DNA of 64,000 nt, from assembly GCA_902622845.1 (NCBI GenBank), contig CACNRI010000001.1:364678-428677 (forward strand). Reading direction: 5' to 3'. Source of the DNA: an uncultured SAR86 cluster bacterium. GTDB lineage: Bacteria > Pseudomonadota > Gammaproteobacteria > Magnimaribacterales > D2472. Below are positions 1 to 9,930 of the stretch, in pieces (positions within the stretch are counted from its first letter, which is position 1; every line of letters starts with the position of its first letter). The notes below the pieces were generated by a model, which ran no database searches, was not told the origin of the DNA, and saw nothing but the letters and a program-made list of their open reading frames with translations. Made by a program: the position numbers and the translations under genes.

Positions 1-12
1 AGCCAGCGCTGC

Positions 13-1074
13 CTAAGAAAAAGATTTTTTGAAATTCTCAAAATTAAATTTTTGAGTCTGGAATGAAATACCGATTCCTTTTAAAAGTATCAAACTAATA
101 TTCCCACCTTTGACCTTCTTGTCACTCAAAATAAATTTATTTAGATCAGAATAATTGCTTGATGTATTTTTAGGAAAGTTAAGAGCATCAAAAACATTTA
201 TTATTCTATTGTAAGTTTTTTCATTTAAGTGACCCTCTAACATGGACATTTTAGAAGCCATTCTCATACCCATAGCTACAGCTTCTCCATGTAAAACATT
301 TTTGTAATTATTCATTGCTTCTATTGCATGACCATAAGTGTGCCCAAAGTTCAATATAGCCCTTATGCCTAACTCTCTCTCATCTTCAGTGACAATTTTT
401 GCTTTTGCTTTAACTGACTCATGAATAAGTTCTTCAATTACTCTTTGGCTTCTTTTCAGAATTTGCTTATGCTGCTTATCAAAAATATTGAATATTTTCT
501 TGTTATAAATTAGCCCATACTTAATAATTTCTGCTATCCCAGATTTAAATTCTCTCTCCGGGAGGGTTTTTAATAAGGTTGAAGATATCAACACTAACTT
601 TGGATTCTTAAATGCTCCAACAAGATTTTTTCCGGACTCAATGTTAATGGCAGTTTTTCCTCCAACCGATGAATCAACTTGAGCAAGAAGTGTGGTTGGT
701 ATTTGAATATAATCTATGCCTCTCATAAAGCTTGCAGCGACAAAACCACTCAGGTCTCCAACAACTCCACCTCCAATGGCAACTATACAATCCGATCGAT
801 CATATTTCTTTTTAGCTAGCTTATTGATAATCATTTGGAAGTTGGTAAATGATTTTGATTCCTCTCCAGGCTTAATTTGAAACAAGTCAATTACTTTATT
901 AGAGGGGATAGATTTTTTTATGAGTTCAATATACGCATAAGGGATATTCTTATCGGTAATAATAAATATTTTATTATTCTTTGATACTGCGCCGGGAAGA
1001 TAATCCTTAAAGATCTTATTCTTACCGATAAGAACCTTATATTTTTCATTACCAACTAAAACTTTTTTAATCAT
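13..1074 (-). CDS. aroB: 3-dehydroquinate synthase
   Basis: 353-aa ORF with DHQ synthase motifs (GGGVVGDLSGF, VDSSVGGKTAIN, GHTYGHAIE, HGEAVAMG). It shares 1 nt with upstream aroK, as in the conserved aroK-aroB operon. Confidence 0.93.
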   Translation of the reverse strand: MIKKVLVGNEKYKVLIGKNKIFKDYLPGAVSKNNKIFIITDKNIPYAYIELIKKSIPSNKVIDLFQIKPGEESKSFTNFQMIINKLAKKKYDRSDCIVAIGGGVVGDLSGFVAASFMRGIDYIQIPTTLLAQVDSSVGGKTAINIESGKNLVGAFKNPKLVLISSTLLKTLPEREFKSGIAEIIKYGLIYNKKIFNIFDKQHKQILKRSQRVIEELIHESVKAKAKIVTEDERELGIRAILNFGHTYGHAIEAMNNYKNVLHGEAVAMGMRMASKMSMLEGHLNEKTYNRIINVFDALNFPKNTSSNYSDLNKFILSDKKVKGGNISLILLKGIGISFQTQKFNFENFKKSFS

Positions 1075-1580
1075 TATTTATTCTTAATAATATTTATTAT
1101 TTGATCTGCAACCTCTTGACTGGATTTATCACTCGTTTGAATTGCATAGTCAGATACCTCTTTATATAAGTGTTCTCGCTCACTATTAAGTTTTGTAAGT
1201 ATTGTTTCCGGATCACCATCTTTTAATAAGGGCCTATCTTTATCTTTACTTGTTCTCTCAACTTGGATTTTTATAGGAGTTTCTAAGTAAATAACAACTC
1301 CTCTAGCGCTAAGAAGATTTCTATTGTGATCAGATAAAATAATTCCGCCTCCGGTAGCAACAACATGAGAATTTAGTTGCACTATCTTTTCAAGCTCAGC
1401 CGTCTCTCTTTTTCTAAATCCTTCCTCTCCTTCAAGATCAAAAATCCAATCAATACTAGCACCTGTAGTTTTTTCTATCTCTTCGTCAGAGTCCAAGAAA
1501 TCTAAAAAAAGCGAGCGAGCTACTATTTTTCCAACAGTAGATTTACCTGATCCCATAGGCCCAACAATATAAATATTCAT
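1074..1580 (-). CDS. aroK: shikimate kinase
   Basis: 168-aa ORF with Walker A GPMGSGKST and the shikimate kinase core (DSDEEIE, GEEGFRKRE, ATGGG). It lies directly upstream of aroB. Confidence 0.93.
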   Translation of the reverse strand: MNIYIVGPMGSGKSTVGKIVARSLFLDFLDSDEEIEKTTGASIDWIFDLEGEEGFRKRETAELEKIVQLNSHVVATGGGIILSDHNRNLLSARGVVIYLETPIKIQVERTSKDKDRPLLKDGDPETILTKLNSEREHLYKEVSDYAIQTSDKSSQEVADQIINIIKNK

Positions 1581-1638
1581 AAAAGATTTTTCACTAAGCT
1601 GCGAATTTTAGCACCTAAACATATAAAATATTAAAATT

Positions 1639-4080
1639 ATGGTTAGTAGACTTTTAGAGTTATTCCTGAAAGTTGCAATTTTTGTTGCAACCTTTGTTGG
1701 AATAATAATACTCTCAACATACCTTTATTTATTACCTGAACTTCCAAGGGTAGTTGATGTTGACCAATCAAAACTTCAAATACCTCTAAAAATTTATACA
1801 TCCGATGAGAAATTAATTGGAGAATTCGGAGAAAAGAAAAGAAGACCATTAGGATTTGAAGAAATACCTGAAGATTTGAAGAATGCATTTCTAGCTGCAG
1901 AGGATGACAGCTTTTTTGAGCATAGAGGTGTTTCGTATCCAAGTTTGATAAGAGCTTTTTCTCAATATATTAGAGTAGGCCTTGATGCAACTGGTGGTGG
2001 GACGATTACAATGCAAGTTGTAAGAAACTATCTTTTAACTCGAGAAAAGAAAGTAAGGAGAAAGATAAAAGAAATTTTTTTAGCATTTCACCTTGAAAGT
2101 GCATTCTCAAAGGAAGAGATATTTGAGATATATGTAAATACAATCTTTCTAGGTAATAGATCTTATGGTATTGAGGCAGCTGCTAATACTTATTTTGGTA
2201 AATCGGTTGGAGAATTGACGGTAACTGAATCAGCTTTAATCGCCTCTCTTGCCCAACTCCCATCAAGAGTAAATCCAATTAGAAATCCAGATAGAACTAA
2301 AGCTAGAAGGAATTGGGTTTTATACAGAATGAAACTTTTAGACTTTATCTCTGAGCAAGATTATCAGACTGCAATAAATAGTGAAATAAACCTTCCCATA
2401 TCTATCAATAATTATGATCTTGAAGCTAGCCATCTTGCTGAACTTGCAAGATTTGAAGTAATTAACAGATATGGTATCAGAGCATATGAAGAAGGCTGGT
2501 CTGTTTATACAACTGTTGATTCTGAACTTCAAGAAAGTGCAAACGAAGCAATAACAAAAAGGTTATTTGAGTATGACAAAAGGCATGGCTGGCGAGAAAA
2601 GAATAATTATATTGATAGACTAGGTAATGAATTCTTTAAATCAATAGAGAGCGAAGATTTTAATTTCTTATTATCTCAAGATTATGTAATTCAATCTGAC
2701 CCAATTAATTACCAAAATATATTAGAGGAGTTACTTCGTGATATTTTTGAAGAAAATCCATTTATTCAATCTCATCAAAGAGCCATTGTTGTAGAAGTCT
2801 GGGATTCAGGATTTACAGCTATTGATGAGCAATTTAATTTTGAAACTATCCAATGGGATGATAGTTATTCCTGGGCTAGAGAATTTTTAGATGAGAACAG
2901 GAGAGGAAAAGCGCCAAAAGGATTCATGGATTTATTAGATATTGGAGATCTAGTTTATCTGTTTGTGGAAAATGATCAGATTAAGTTAGATCAAATACCT
3001 CAAGCACAGTCATCATTAATTTCTTTCAACCCAAAGACTGGTGAGGTACTCTCCTATGTTGGCGGCTCAGCATTCAATGATTCTCAATTTGATAGAGTTA
3101 GACAGTCTTATCCTCAATCAGGATCAGTTTTCAAGCCATTCATTTATGCATCAGCTTTCAGTGGAGGCTATAATCCATCATCTTTAATTAATGATGCACC
3201 AATTATTTTTGAAGATGAAAATCTTGAAACTTTTTGGAGACCTGAAAATTATTCAGGTAAATTCTATGGCTTAACAACTCTCAGGGAAGCACTTGTTCAA
3301 TCAATAAATATTGTTTCGATAAAGCTTTTAAGAGAAATTGGTATTAAAAAGTCATCTGAGATCGTTGACAATTTTGGTTTTGGCGCAGAGAGACTGCCTC
3401 AAGATCTTAGTTTAGCTTTAGGATCAGGTAATTTTTCTCCCGCTGAGATTGCAAGAGGCTTCAGTGTATTTGCAAATGGTGGAATAATTTCCGATATTCA
3501 TTATGTAAGTCAAATTAAAGACAAGAACGGAGATATCATTTTCGATCACTCAGAAATAGATGTTGTAAATGTCTCTAGTATTTCCGCTTTTCCATGGCTC
3601 AATACAGTGCAGCTAGATGCATCAAAGCCATATTTTCTTTTACCGCCTCTCAATAAATCGGACCCCGTTATTGATCCAAGAGTTGCATTTATGGTGAAAG
3701 ATATTCTAAAAGAAGCTTCCCAAAGAGGATCGAATGGAAGGCTTACACGATATTTAGATAGAAAAGATTTTGCTGGCAAGACTGGAACTACAAATGATGC
3801 TGTAAGTACATGGTTTAGTGGTTTCAACTCAAATATTGTAACAACTGTTTGGGTTGGAAATGATGATTTTGAATCTCTTGGCGATAATGAGTTTGGTTCT
3901 ACAACAGCATTACCAATCTGGGTAGATTACATGAACTCTGCTTTTAAAAAGATTGATGTAGATGAATTTATTCTTCCAGACGGCATTTCTTATGTAAGGA
4001 TTAATAAAAAAACTGGAGAGCTTAGCAAGTCTGCAAAAGACGAAAGTTATTTCGAGCTTTTTCTAAGCGAAGATTTATAA
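1639..4080 (+). CDS. mrcA: penicillin-binding protein 1A (bifunctional glycosyltransferase/transpeptidase)
   Basis: 813-aa ORF with an N-terminal membrane anchor. It has GT51 motifs (EDDSFFEHRGV, RKIKE) and transpeptidase motifs SxxK (SVFK), SxN (SIN) and KTGTT. It is divergent from aroK. Confidence 0.9.
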   Translation: MVSRLLELFLKVAIFVATFVGIIILSTYLYLLPELPRVVDVDQSKLQIPLKIYTSDEKLIGEFGEKKRRPLGFEEIPEDLKNAFLAAEDDSFFEHRGVSYPSLIRAFSQYIRVGLDATGGGTITMQVVRNYLLTREKKVRRKIKEIFLAFHLESAFSKEEIFEIYVNTIFLGNRSYGIEAAANTYFGKSVGELTVTESALIASLAQLPSRVNPIRNPDRTKARRNWVLYRMKLLDFISEQDYQTAINSEINLPISINNYDLEASHLAELARFEVINRYGIRAYEEGWSVYTTVDSELQESANEAITKRLFEYDKRHGWREKNNYIDRLGNEFFKSIESEDFNFLLSQDYVIQSDPINYQNILEELLRDIFEENPFIQSHQRAIVVEVWDSGFTAIDEQFNFETIQWDDSYSWAREFLDENRRGKAPKGFMDLLDIGDLVYLFVENDQIKLDQIPQAQSSLISFNPKTGEVLSYVGGSAFNDSQFDRVRQSYPQSGSVFKPFIYASAFSGGYNPSSLINDAPIIFEDENLETFWRPENYSGKFYGLTTLREALVQSINIVSIKLLREIGIKKSSEIVDNFGFGAERLPQDLSLALGSGNFSPAEIARGFSVFANGGIISDIHYVSQIKDKNGDIIFDHSEIDVVNVSSISAFPWLNTVQLDASKPYFLLPPLNKSDPVIDPRVAFMVKDILKEASQRGSNGRLTRYLDRKDFAGKTGTTNDAVSTWFSGFNSNIVTTVWVGNDDFESLGDNEFGSTTALPIWVDYMNSAFKKIDVDEFILPDGISYVRINKKTGELSKSAKDESYFELFLSEDL

Positions 4081-4082
4081 GT

Positions 4083-4652
4083 TTATTTAAAAAGGGAGAT
4101 TCTTAAGAGTGTCCAAATATTTTCAATATATGAGCTTGGCTTTTCTTTAAACTTAGATCTTATATATCTTGAGATTGTGCCTTCAAGTGAAGTAATCAAT
4201 AAATGAGATGATATTCCCGGCTGTGATAGGAGCGAATCAGAGTCTTTTTGTAAAATTTGTTTAAAGTTTAGTTCCAGTCTTTCATAGAACTGGTTAGTAG
4301 CATCAACTACATTTTGTTCGTTTGCACTTAAAGCCTCTCTCGATAGAAGTCTTGCAAAGCCCTTATTCTTTTCGATAAATAATATACAAAACATAAATAG
4401 ATTTTTTGCATTTTGTTCCGCGCTTTCTTTACTTTTCTTAATTTCAGCGCACTTTGAGATTATTGTCTCGTCACAAAAAGAAAATAATTCCAAGTAAATA
4501 GATCTTTTGCTTGGGAAATGTCTATATAAAGCTGCTTCTGTAATTGACGATTTTTCAGCCAAGAGAGCAGTTGTAACTTTAGAAAGATTTCTTTCTTCTA
4601 GAAGACTTGCTAGTGACTGAAGAATGATTTGTTTCCTGTTTTCTTTAGGCAT
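4083..4652 (-). CDS. slmA: nucleoid occlusion factor SlmA (TetR family)
   Basis: 189-aa ORF alignable end to end with E. coli SlmA as I recall it. NRKQIILQSLASLLEE...ITEAALYRHFPSK matches NRREEILQSLALMLES...VSEAALYRHFPSK, and C-terminal SRYIRSKF matches SRFVRSEF. Confidence 0.75.
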   Translation of the reverse strand: MPKENRKQIILQSLASLLEERNLSKVTTALLAEKSSITEAALYRHFPSKRSIYLELFSFCDETIISKCAEIKKSKESAEQNAKNLFMFCILFIEKNKGFARLLSREALSANEQNVVDATNQFYERLELNFKQILQKDSDSLLSQPGISSHLLITSLEGTISRYIRSKFKEKPSSYIENIWTLLRISLFK

Positions 4653-4657
4653 TTATA

Positions 4658-6055
4658 TTATTCTAAATTAATATCTTGATTTGGTAAGAATTTTTTTAAT
4701 TCTTCCAAAAAGTTTTTTTGAATCTTTTCTAGCGATTCTTGACTATTTGCTTCAAATCTCAAAACAAGCTTAGGAGTCGTATTTGAAGCTCTTAATAGAG
4801 CCCAACCATTCTCAAATGAGGCTCGAAGGCCGTCAGTAAAATCTTTTTTTCCATCAATTGATGCATTTTCAATGAAATCCTCAATTATTTTAAACTTTCT
4901 CTCATCAGGAACATCTATATTTAATTCTGGAGTTGAATAGGAAACGGGAAGGCTATCCAATAAATCATCTAGTGATGATCCTGTTTCATTCATGATGTCT
5001 AAAAGTCTTATTGCAGAATAATGACCGTCATCAAAACCATGCCAAATATCATTAAAGAAAATATGACCACTCATTTCACCTCCTAATACGGCATTGTATT
5101 TTTTTATATTATTTTTAATATGAAAATGCCCGGTAGGACTCATGAAAGGTATGCCATCATTTTCCTTAATTATTTGGGGAAGAAAGTCTGAGCACTTAAC
5201 ATCAAAAACAATAGTTTTGCCTCCCTTTTTTGAAAGTATTTTTTTTGAGAATAACATCATCATTTGATCGGGATAAATTAATCTTCCTGATGAAGTTACT
5301 ACTCCAAGCCTATCTCCATCACCATCAAATGCAACACCAGCATCTGCAGAGACCTCTTTTACTTTATCAATAAGGTCCACTATATTTTTTTCTTTTGCCG
5401 GATCCGGATGATGGTTTGGGAAATTTCCATCAACATCACAGAAAATTTCGACGACCTCGCAGCCAACTGCTCTTAATAAGTCTGGAGCAATAATTCCGGC
5501 TGCACCATTTCCACAATCAACTACTACTTTGAGGTTTTTAAAATTAAAGCTATTTTTAACCTCAGTTATATAGTCATTTTTTATATCTAAAAATCTATTT
5601 TCACCAATTGCATCTTCAAAAGATATATCTGTTTTAGAGAGCTCAAATATTTCAGTACCAGATACTGGTTTATCATCTATAACAAGCTTAATTCCGTTGT
5701 AGTTTTTAGGGTTATGACTCCCTGTAATCATAATTCCAGACTTAGAAGCTTGCTTTTTTGCTGCGTAGTAAAGAAGAGGGCTTGTAGCAAGTCCTATATT
5801 TATAGTATTAATTCCATGCCTATTTAAAGATTCTTGGAGAGATTCCAAAAGAGATGGACCTGACAGTCTTCCATCTCGTGCAATTACAACTTCAGCCACT
5901 GATTCTTGATAACATTTCTGAGCTATGGATGTAGCAATTTTTGCAATCGAATCTTCATTAAGCTCATCTGGGAAAATACCTCTTATGTCATATTCCCTAA
6001 ATATTGATTTTATAAGTTCTGACATTTGCTTTGGATTTGATAGCTTGTTTGTCAT
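4658..6055 (-). CDS. algC: phosphomannomutase/phosphoglucomutase
   Basis: 465-aa ORF with the alpha-D-phosphohexomutase signature loops: TGSHNP (phosphoserine), FDGDGDR (metal) and GGEMSGH (sugar). Confidence 0.88.
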   Translation of the reverse strand: MTNKLSNPKQMSELIKSIFREYDIRGIFPDELNEDSIAKIATSIAQKCYQESVAEVVIARDGRLSGPSLLESLQESLNRHGINTINIGLATSPLLYYAAKKQASKSGIMITGSHNPKNYNGIKLVIDDKPVSGTEIFELSKTDISFEDAIGENRFLDIKNDYITEVKNSFNFKNLKVVVDCGNGAAGIIAPDLLRAVGCEVVEIFCDVDGNFPNHHPDPAKEKNIVDLIDKVKEVSADAGVAFDGDGDRLGVVTSSGRLIYPDQMMMLFSKKILSKKGGKTIVFDVKCSDFLPQIIKENDGIPFMSPTGHFHIKNNIKKYNAVLGGEMSGHIFFNDIWHGFDDGHYSAIRLLDIMNETGSSLDDLLDSLPVSYSTPELNIDVPDERKFKIIEDFIENASIDGKKDFTDGLRASFENGWALLRASNTTPKLVLRFEANSQESLEKIQKNFLEELKKFLPNQDINLE

Positions 6056-6091
6056 AATACCTTCGATTTTATTAATTATAAATGCAATAGA

Positions 6092-7015
6092 GTGTTTGAT
6101 TTAACTTACAAAAATAAAAAGATTTGGAGAAATGGAGATCTGGTTTCATGGGATGAATGCAATGTTCATTCTTTGACGCATACTCTGCATTATGGTGTTG
6201 GTGTTTTTGAAGGTGTCCGAGCATACAATACAAAAAATGGGCCAGCAATTTTCAGGGTAAAAGAGCATACGGAAAGGCTTTTTGAGGCTGCAAAAATAGT
6301 AAATATAGATATTCCATACTCTATTGAAGAAATTATTGAAGCCCAAAAGACTGTGTTGCTTAAAAACGATTTTGATGAGGCATATATCAGACCAATAATT
6401 TACTTAGGAAATGAATCACTTGGCCTAAGAGCAGAAGATTTATCAGTAAATGTAATTATTGCAGCATGGGAATGGCCCTCATACATGGATCCTGAATCAA
6501 AACAGAAAGGAATTTCTGTGGCCAAGTCTCCATATAAACAATATAAAAACCCCAATTGGTCAAACTATAAAATTACTGGGACTTATGTAAATTCAATTGT
6601 TGCATTACAAGATGCGGTTGCAAAAGGAGCTGATGAGGCATTAATTCTTGATAATGATGGATATATTTCAGAAGGCAGCGGGGAAAATATTTTCTTCTTA
6701 AAAGATGGTCTAATTATGACGCCAACAACAAAGAATTGTTTAAATGGAATCACTCGACAATCGGTTATAGATATCGCAAAAGATCTTGGCCATAAGGTTG
6801 AAGAGGGAGACTGGTCATATGAACACATTATTGAATGTGATGAGGCATTTTTCACTGGTACAGCAGTAGAAGTTACCCCAATTACAAAAATCGATGAAAA
6901 GATAATCTCTAATGGGACTGTTGGACCAATTACAAAAGAAATACAAACAAATTATGAGAGTGCAGTTCTTGGAACTGACAATAATTCAAGAAACTGGCTG
7001 ACATACATCGAATAA
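6092..7015 (+). CDS. ilvE: branched-chain amino acid aminotransferase
   Basis: 307-aa ORF with a GTG start. It shows the class IV aminotransferase pattern (HYGVGVFEGVRAY, EGSGENIF, FFTGTAVEVTPI). Confidence 0.9.
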   Translation: MFDLTYKNKKIWRNGDLVSWDECNVHSLTHTLHYGVGVFEGVRAYNTKNGPAIFRVKEHTERLFEAAKIVNIDIPYSIEEIIEAQKTVLLKNDFDEAYIRPIIYLGNESLGLRAEDLSVNVIIAAWEWPSYMDPESKQKGISVAKSPYKQYKNPNWSNYKITGTYVNSIVALQDAVAKGADEALILDNDGYISEGSGENIFFLKDGLIMTPTTKNCLNGITRQSVIDIAKDLGHKVEEGDWSYEHIIECDEAFFTGTAVEVTPITKIDEKIISNGTVGPITKEIQTNYESAVLGTDNNSRNWLTYIE

Positions 7016-7019
7016 TATT

Positions 7020-8267
7020 TTGCATAAATTAAAGATTGCACTACTAAGTTATAGGAGCGCACCTTTTTCAGGTGGCCAAGGTATTTTTGTGAGAGAACTT
7101 TCAAATGCACTTTCAAAAAGGGGACATGAGATAGATATCATTTCAGGACCTCCGATGCCAATTCTCGATCCAGGAATTAAATTAATTAAATTGGAAGGAT
7201 TAAATTTATTTGAAACATTTAGTTTTAGGGACAGGCTTTTAAAGCTTTGGAACAAAAAGGATAAAGACTCTCTCGATTATTATGATTTTTTTAAAACCTT
7301 AATAGGCGGTTTCCCGGAGATGTACTCTTTCGGAGAAAGAGTGAAGAAATATCTCTCACAAAAAAAAGACTATGACATCGTTATCGATAATCAGTCCTTA
7401 AGTTCAGGGATGTTGGAAATTCAAAAAAATTATCCTTTTGTTGAAATAATTCATCATCCTATAACGAAAGACTTTACATTTGATCTTATTTATTCAAATG
7501 GCTATTTACAAAGATTTTTTAAAAAAAGATGGTATACATTCCTTAAAATGAATAAAAAAGTAGCACCCAAACTTAAAAAAATTATTACAGTCTCTTTAAA
7601 TTCAAAGAAAGACATTGCTAATGATTTTAAGACTGATCCAAAGAGAATCCACGTTATTCCTAACGGACTAGATCTAGAAGTTTTTAAGAAAAATGATGAA
7701 TTGGAGAGAGAAGATTTTAAAATTGTAACTGTGGCAAGTGCTGACGTTCCTTTAAAAGGACTAGATACTACACTTAAAGCTATTTCATTAATTTTAGATA
7801 TATATCCAAATATAAAACTTTCAGTTGTTGGAAATCCCAGAGAGAATGGTCATACTGAAAGGCTTATTAAACAACTCAATCTTACTAACAATGTTTCTTT
7901 TAAAACAAATCTTTCTAAAGAAGAAGTTGCATATGAATATCAGTCTAGCTCTCTTGCAGTTATTAGTTCTTTGTATGAAGGTTTTGGTTTTCCTGCAGCT
8001 GAGGCAATGGCATGCGGAACACCAATAATTTCTTCAAATTCTTCTGCACTCCCTGAAATTGTTCAAGACTTTGGACAGTTATATGAGCCTGGTAATTCAA
8101 ATGCCTTGAAAGAGTGCATAGAAAATTTTTATCTAAATAGACCTTCATTTAATAATCTTGCTCAAGAAGGATGTCTATATGCAAATGAAACTTTTAATTG
8201 GGAGAAAATTGCATTAGATTACGAAGAACAATTTTTAGAGACAATAAAAAAGTTTGATTCATGTTAA
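7020..8267 (+). CDS. glycosyltransferase, GT4 family (GT-B fold)
   Basis: 415-aa ORF with a TTG start. The N-terminus is GT4-like (KIALLSYRSAPFSGGQGIFVRELSNALSKRGHEIDI). The C-terminal donor-binding motif is SSLYEGFGFPAAEAMACGTPIISS. It starts 4 nt after the ilvE stop. Confidence 0.8.
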   Translation: MHKLKIALLSYRSAPFSGGQGIFVRELSNALSKRGHEIDIISGPPMPILDPGIKLIKLEGLNLFETFSFRDRLLKLWNKKDKDSLDYYDFFKTLIGGFPEMYSFGERVKKYLSQKKDYDIVIDNQSLSSGMLEIQKNYPFVEIIHHPITKDFTFDLIYSNGYLQRFFKKRWYTFLKMNKKVAPKLKKIITVSLNSKKDIANDFKTDPKRIHVIPNGLDLEVFKKNDELEREDFKIVTVASADVPLKGLDTTLKAISLILDIYPNIKLSVVGNPRENGHTERLIKQLNLTNNVSFKTNLSKEEVAYEYQSSSLAVISSLYEGFGFPAAEAMACGTPIISSNSSALPEIVQDFGQLYEPGNSNALKECIENFYLNRPSFNNLAQEGCLYANETFNWEKIALDYEEQFLETIKKFDSC

Positions 8268-8965
8268 CGTTTAATTTTAATAATATTAGTCCAGAAAAAG
8301 ATTCTTTTATGCTTGATGCTGGATGTGGTCCAGGTAGGCATGTTTTTGGTTTCATGGATCAGTTTCCAGATATAACTTGTGTTGGAGTTGATTTGGATTC
8401 TTATTCGCTTCAAGAAGGCAAAACAAATTTAACTTTATTTAGCTCAATTTCTAATAAAGAATCAACATTTCTTCAAGGCTCTGTTTATAACTTACCCTTT
8501 AGCGATAATACATTTGAGACAATAATTTGTTCTGAGGTTTTAGAACATGTTGCAGATGTCGATGCAACTCTTAAGGAGTTAACAAGACTGCTTAAGCCTG
8601 GTGGTAATTTGCTCATAAGCGTGCCATCTTATTTTCCAGAAAAGATTTGTTGGTTGCTCTCCAAAGATTATCAAAATATGCCAGGTGGCCATGTAAGAAT
8701 ATTCAGAAAAAGCGCCCTTCAAGAGAAAGTTGTAGAAAAGGGCTATAGCTTAGAGAGAACTGAAAAGTATCATGCCTTGCACAGTCCTTATTGGTGGCTT
8801 AGATGTCTATTTTGGTCATCTCAAGACAGCAATTTTCTTGTTAAAGTTTATAAAAAGATATTAGAGATACAAATTTTAAGAAATCCTATGATTTTGAGGG
8901 TCTTAGATAATCTTCTTAATCCATTTTTAGGAAAAAGTACTTCTTTTTATTTTAAGAAGTTGTGA
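8261..8965 (+). CDS. class I SAM-dependent methyltransferase
   Basis: 234-aa ORF with SAM motif I LDAGCGPGRH, acidic post-I VGVDLD and a Methyltransf_11-like LLKPGGNLLISVP. It overlaps the upstream glycosyltransferase by 7 nt. Confidence 0.8.
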   Translation: MLTFNFNNISPEKDSFMLDAGCGPGRHVFGFMDQFPDITCVGVDLDSYSLQEGKTNLTLFSSISNKESTFLQGSVYNLPFSDNTFETIICSEVLEHVADVDATLKELTRLLKPGGNLLISVPSYFPEKICWLLSKDYQNMPGGHVRIFRKSALQEKVVEKGYSLERTEKYHALHSPYWWLRCLFWSSQDSNFLVKVYKKILEIQILRNPMILRVLDNLLNPFLGKSTSFYFKKL

Positions 8966-9930
8966 AAATGATTAAACATCAATTAGTTCCTGCTAAGAAT
9001 TGGATAATTGAGAATCAAAATAAGAGTGGATCAATAAACTGGGACCACAGAGGAAAATGTGATCCCTGGGATCACTGTGAGTGCTTAATAGCTCTTGCAA
9101 TATATGAAGAGTGGGATGCATTTAATAAAGGCATTGAATGGTTCTTTAAAAATTTAAATGCTGATGGCGAAATTGCACCAGAATTTATCAATGAAAAAGT
9201 TACTAAGAACCATTTCGAAAGCCATCATTCGCCATATATTTTTCTTCCTCTATACCAAAAATTTTTAATTGATAATGATATTGATTACTTACTTAAGTAT
9301 AAAAAAGAAATACAGGATATATATAATTCGACCTTAACTTATGCAGATTCAGATGGATTCTTATTTTGGGCAAAAGACAAAGATGGATTTTCTGACAACT
9401 CTTTAATAACAGCTTCGTGCTCAGTTCATATCTCATTAAAAATATATGAAAACATTGCTGATATTTTAGATTTAGATTCTAGCCATGAAAAAATACTATT
9501 GAATCAAGAAAAAATTAATTCAAAGAAATTTGATCGTGACGGTGTAAGCAGGAAAAGGTTTTCTATGGATAATTATTATCCTTTTTTATGTGGTATTGGA
9601 AACGATGAGCTCATCAATAAGACTATTAGTAATTTTTACCATGAAGGATTAGGAATTAAATGTGTTATTGAAGAGCCGTGGGTAACTTTTGCGGAATCAT
9701 CAGAATTTATAATTAGCTTAGTAAAAATGAACAGAAAAGAAGATGCAAGAAAAATTTTAGAAGAAATAATGAGATTCCAAGATAACAGAGGAATATTCCC
9801 AACTGGTTATCAATATAAATTGGATATTTTATGGCCTGATGAGTTTTCAACTTGGACAAATGCTGCAGTTATCATTGCTGCAGATTGTGTATTTGGGATC
9901 TCACAAAAAAGAAATGTATTCTTAGCCTAG
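8962..9930 (+). CDS. hypothetical protein, possibly an alpha/alpha-toroid (prenyltransferase / six-hairpin glycosidase-like) fold
   Basis: 322-aa ORF with a 4-nt ATGA-type overlap with the upstream methyltransferase. It has recurring Trp/Asp-rich helix-start motifs (NWIIENQNKSGSINW, DPWDHCECLIALA, GFLFWAKD, STWTNAAVIIA). The fold assignment is a guess; that the ORF is coding is well supported. Confidence 0.5.
   Translation: MKMIKHQLVPAKNWIIENQNKSGSINWDHRGKCDPWDHCECLIALAIYEEWDAFNKGIEWFFKNLNADGEIAPEFINEKVTKNHFESHHSPYIFLPLYQKFLIDNDIDYLLKYKKEIQDIYNSTLTYADSDGFLFWAKDKDGFSDNSLITASCSVHISLKIYENIADILDLDSSHEKILLNQEKINSKKFDRDGVSRKRFSMDNYYPFLCGIGNDELINKTISNFYHEGLGIKCVIEEPWVTFAESSEFIISLVKMNRKEDARKILEEIMRFQDNRGIFPTGYQYKLDILWPDEFSTWTNAAVIIAADCVFGISQKRNVFLA

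Noticed and set aside
1643-1942. Antisense and out-of-frame ORFs of 60-117 aa inside mrcA. The same applies to those at 2338-2532, 3546-3827, 6583-6855, 14298-14588, 15091-15351, 16295-16579, 22819-23079, 42331-42636, 50722-50982 and 59232-59585.
   Set aside because: Each is nested in a longer ORF with clear family motifs. None has a recognisable motif or a sensible start context. All are treated as spurious track entries.
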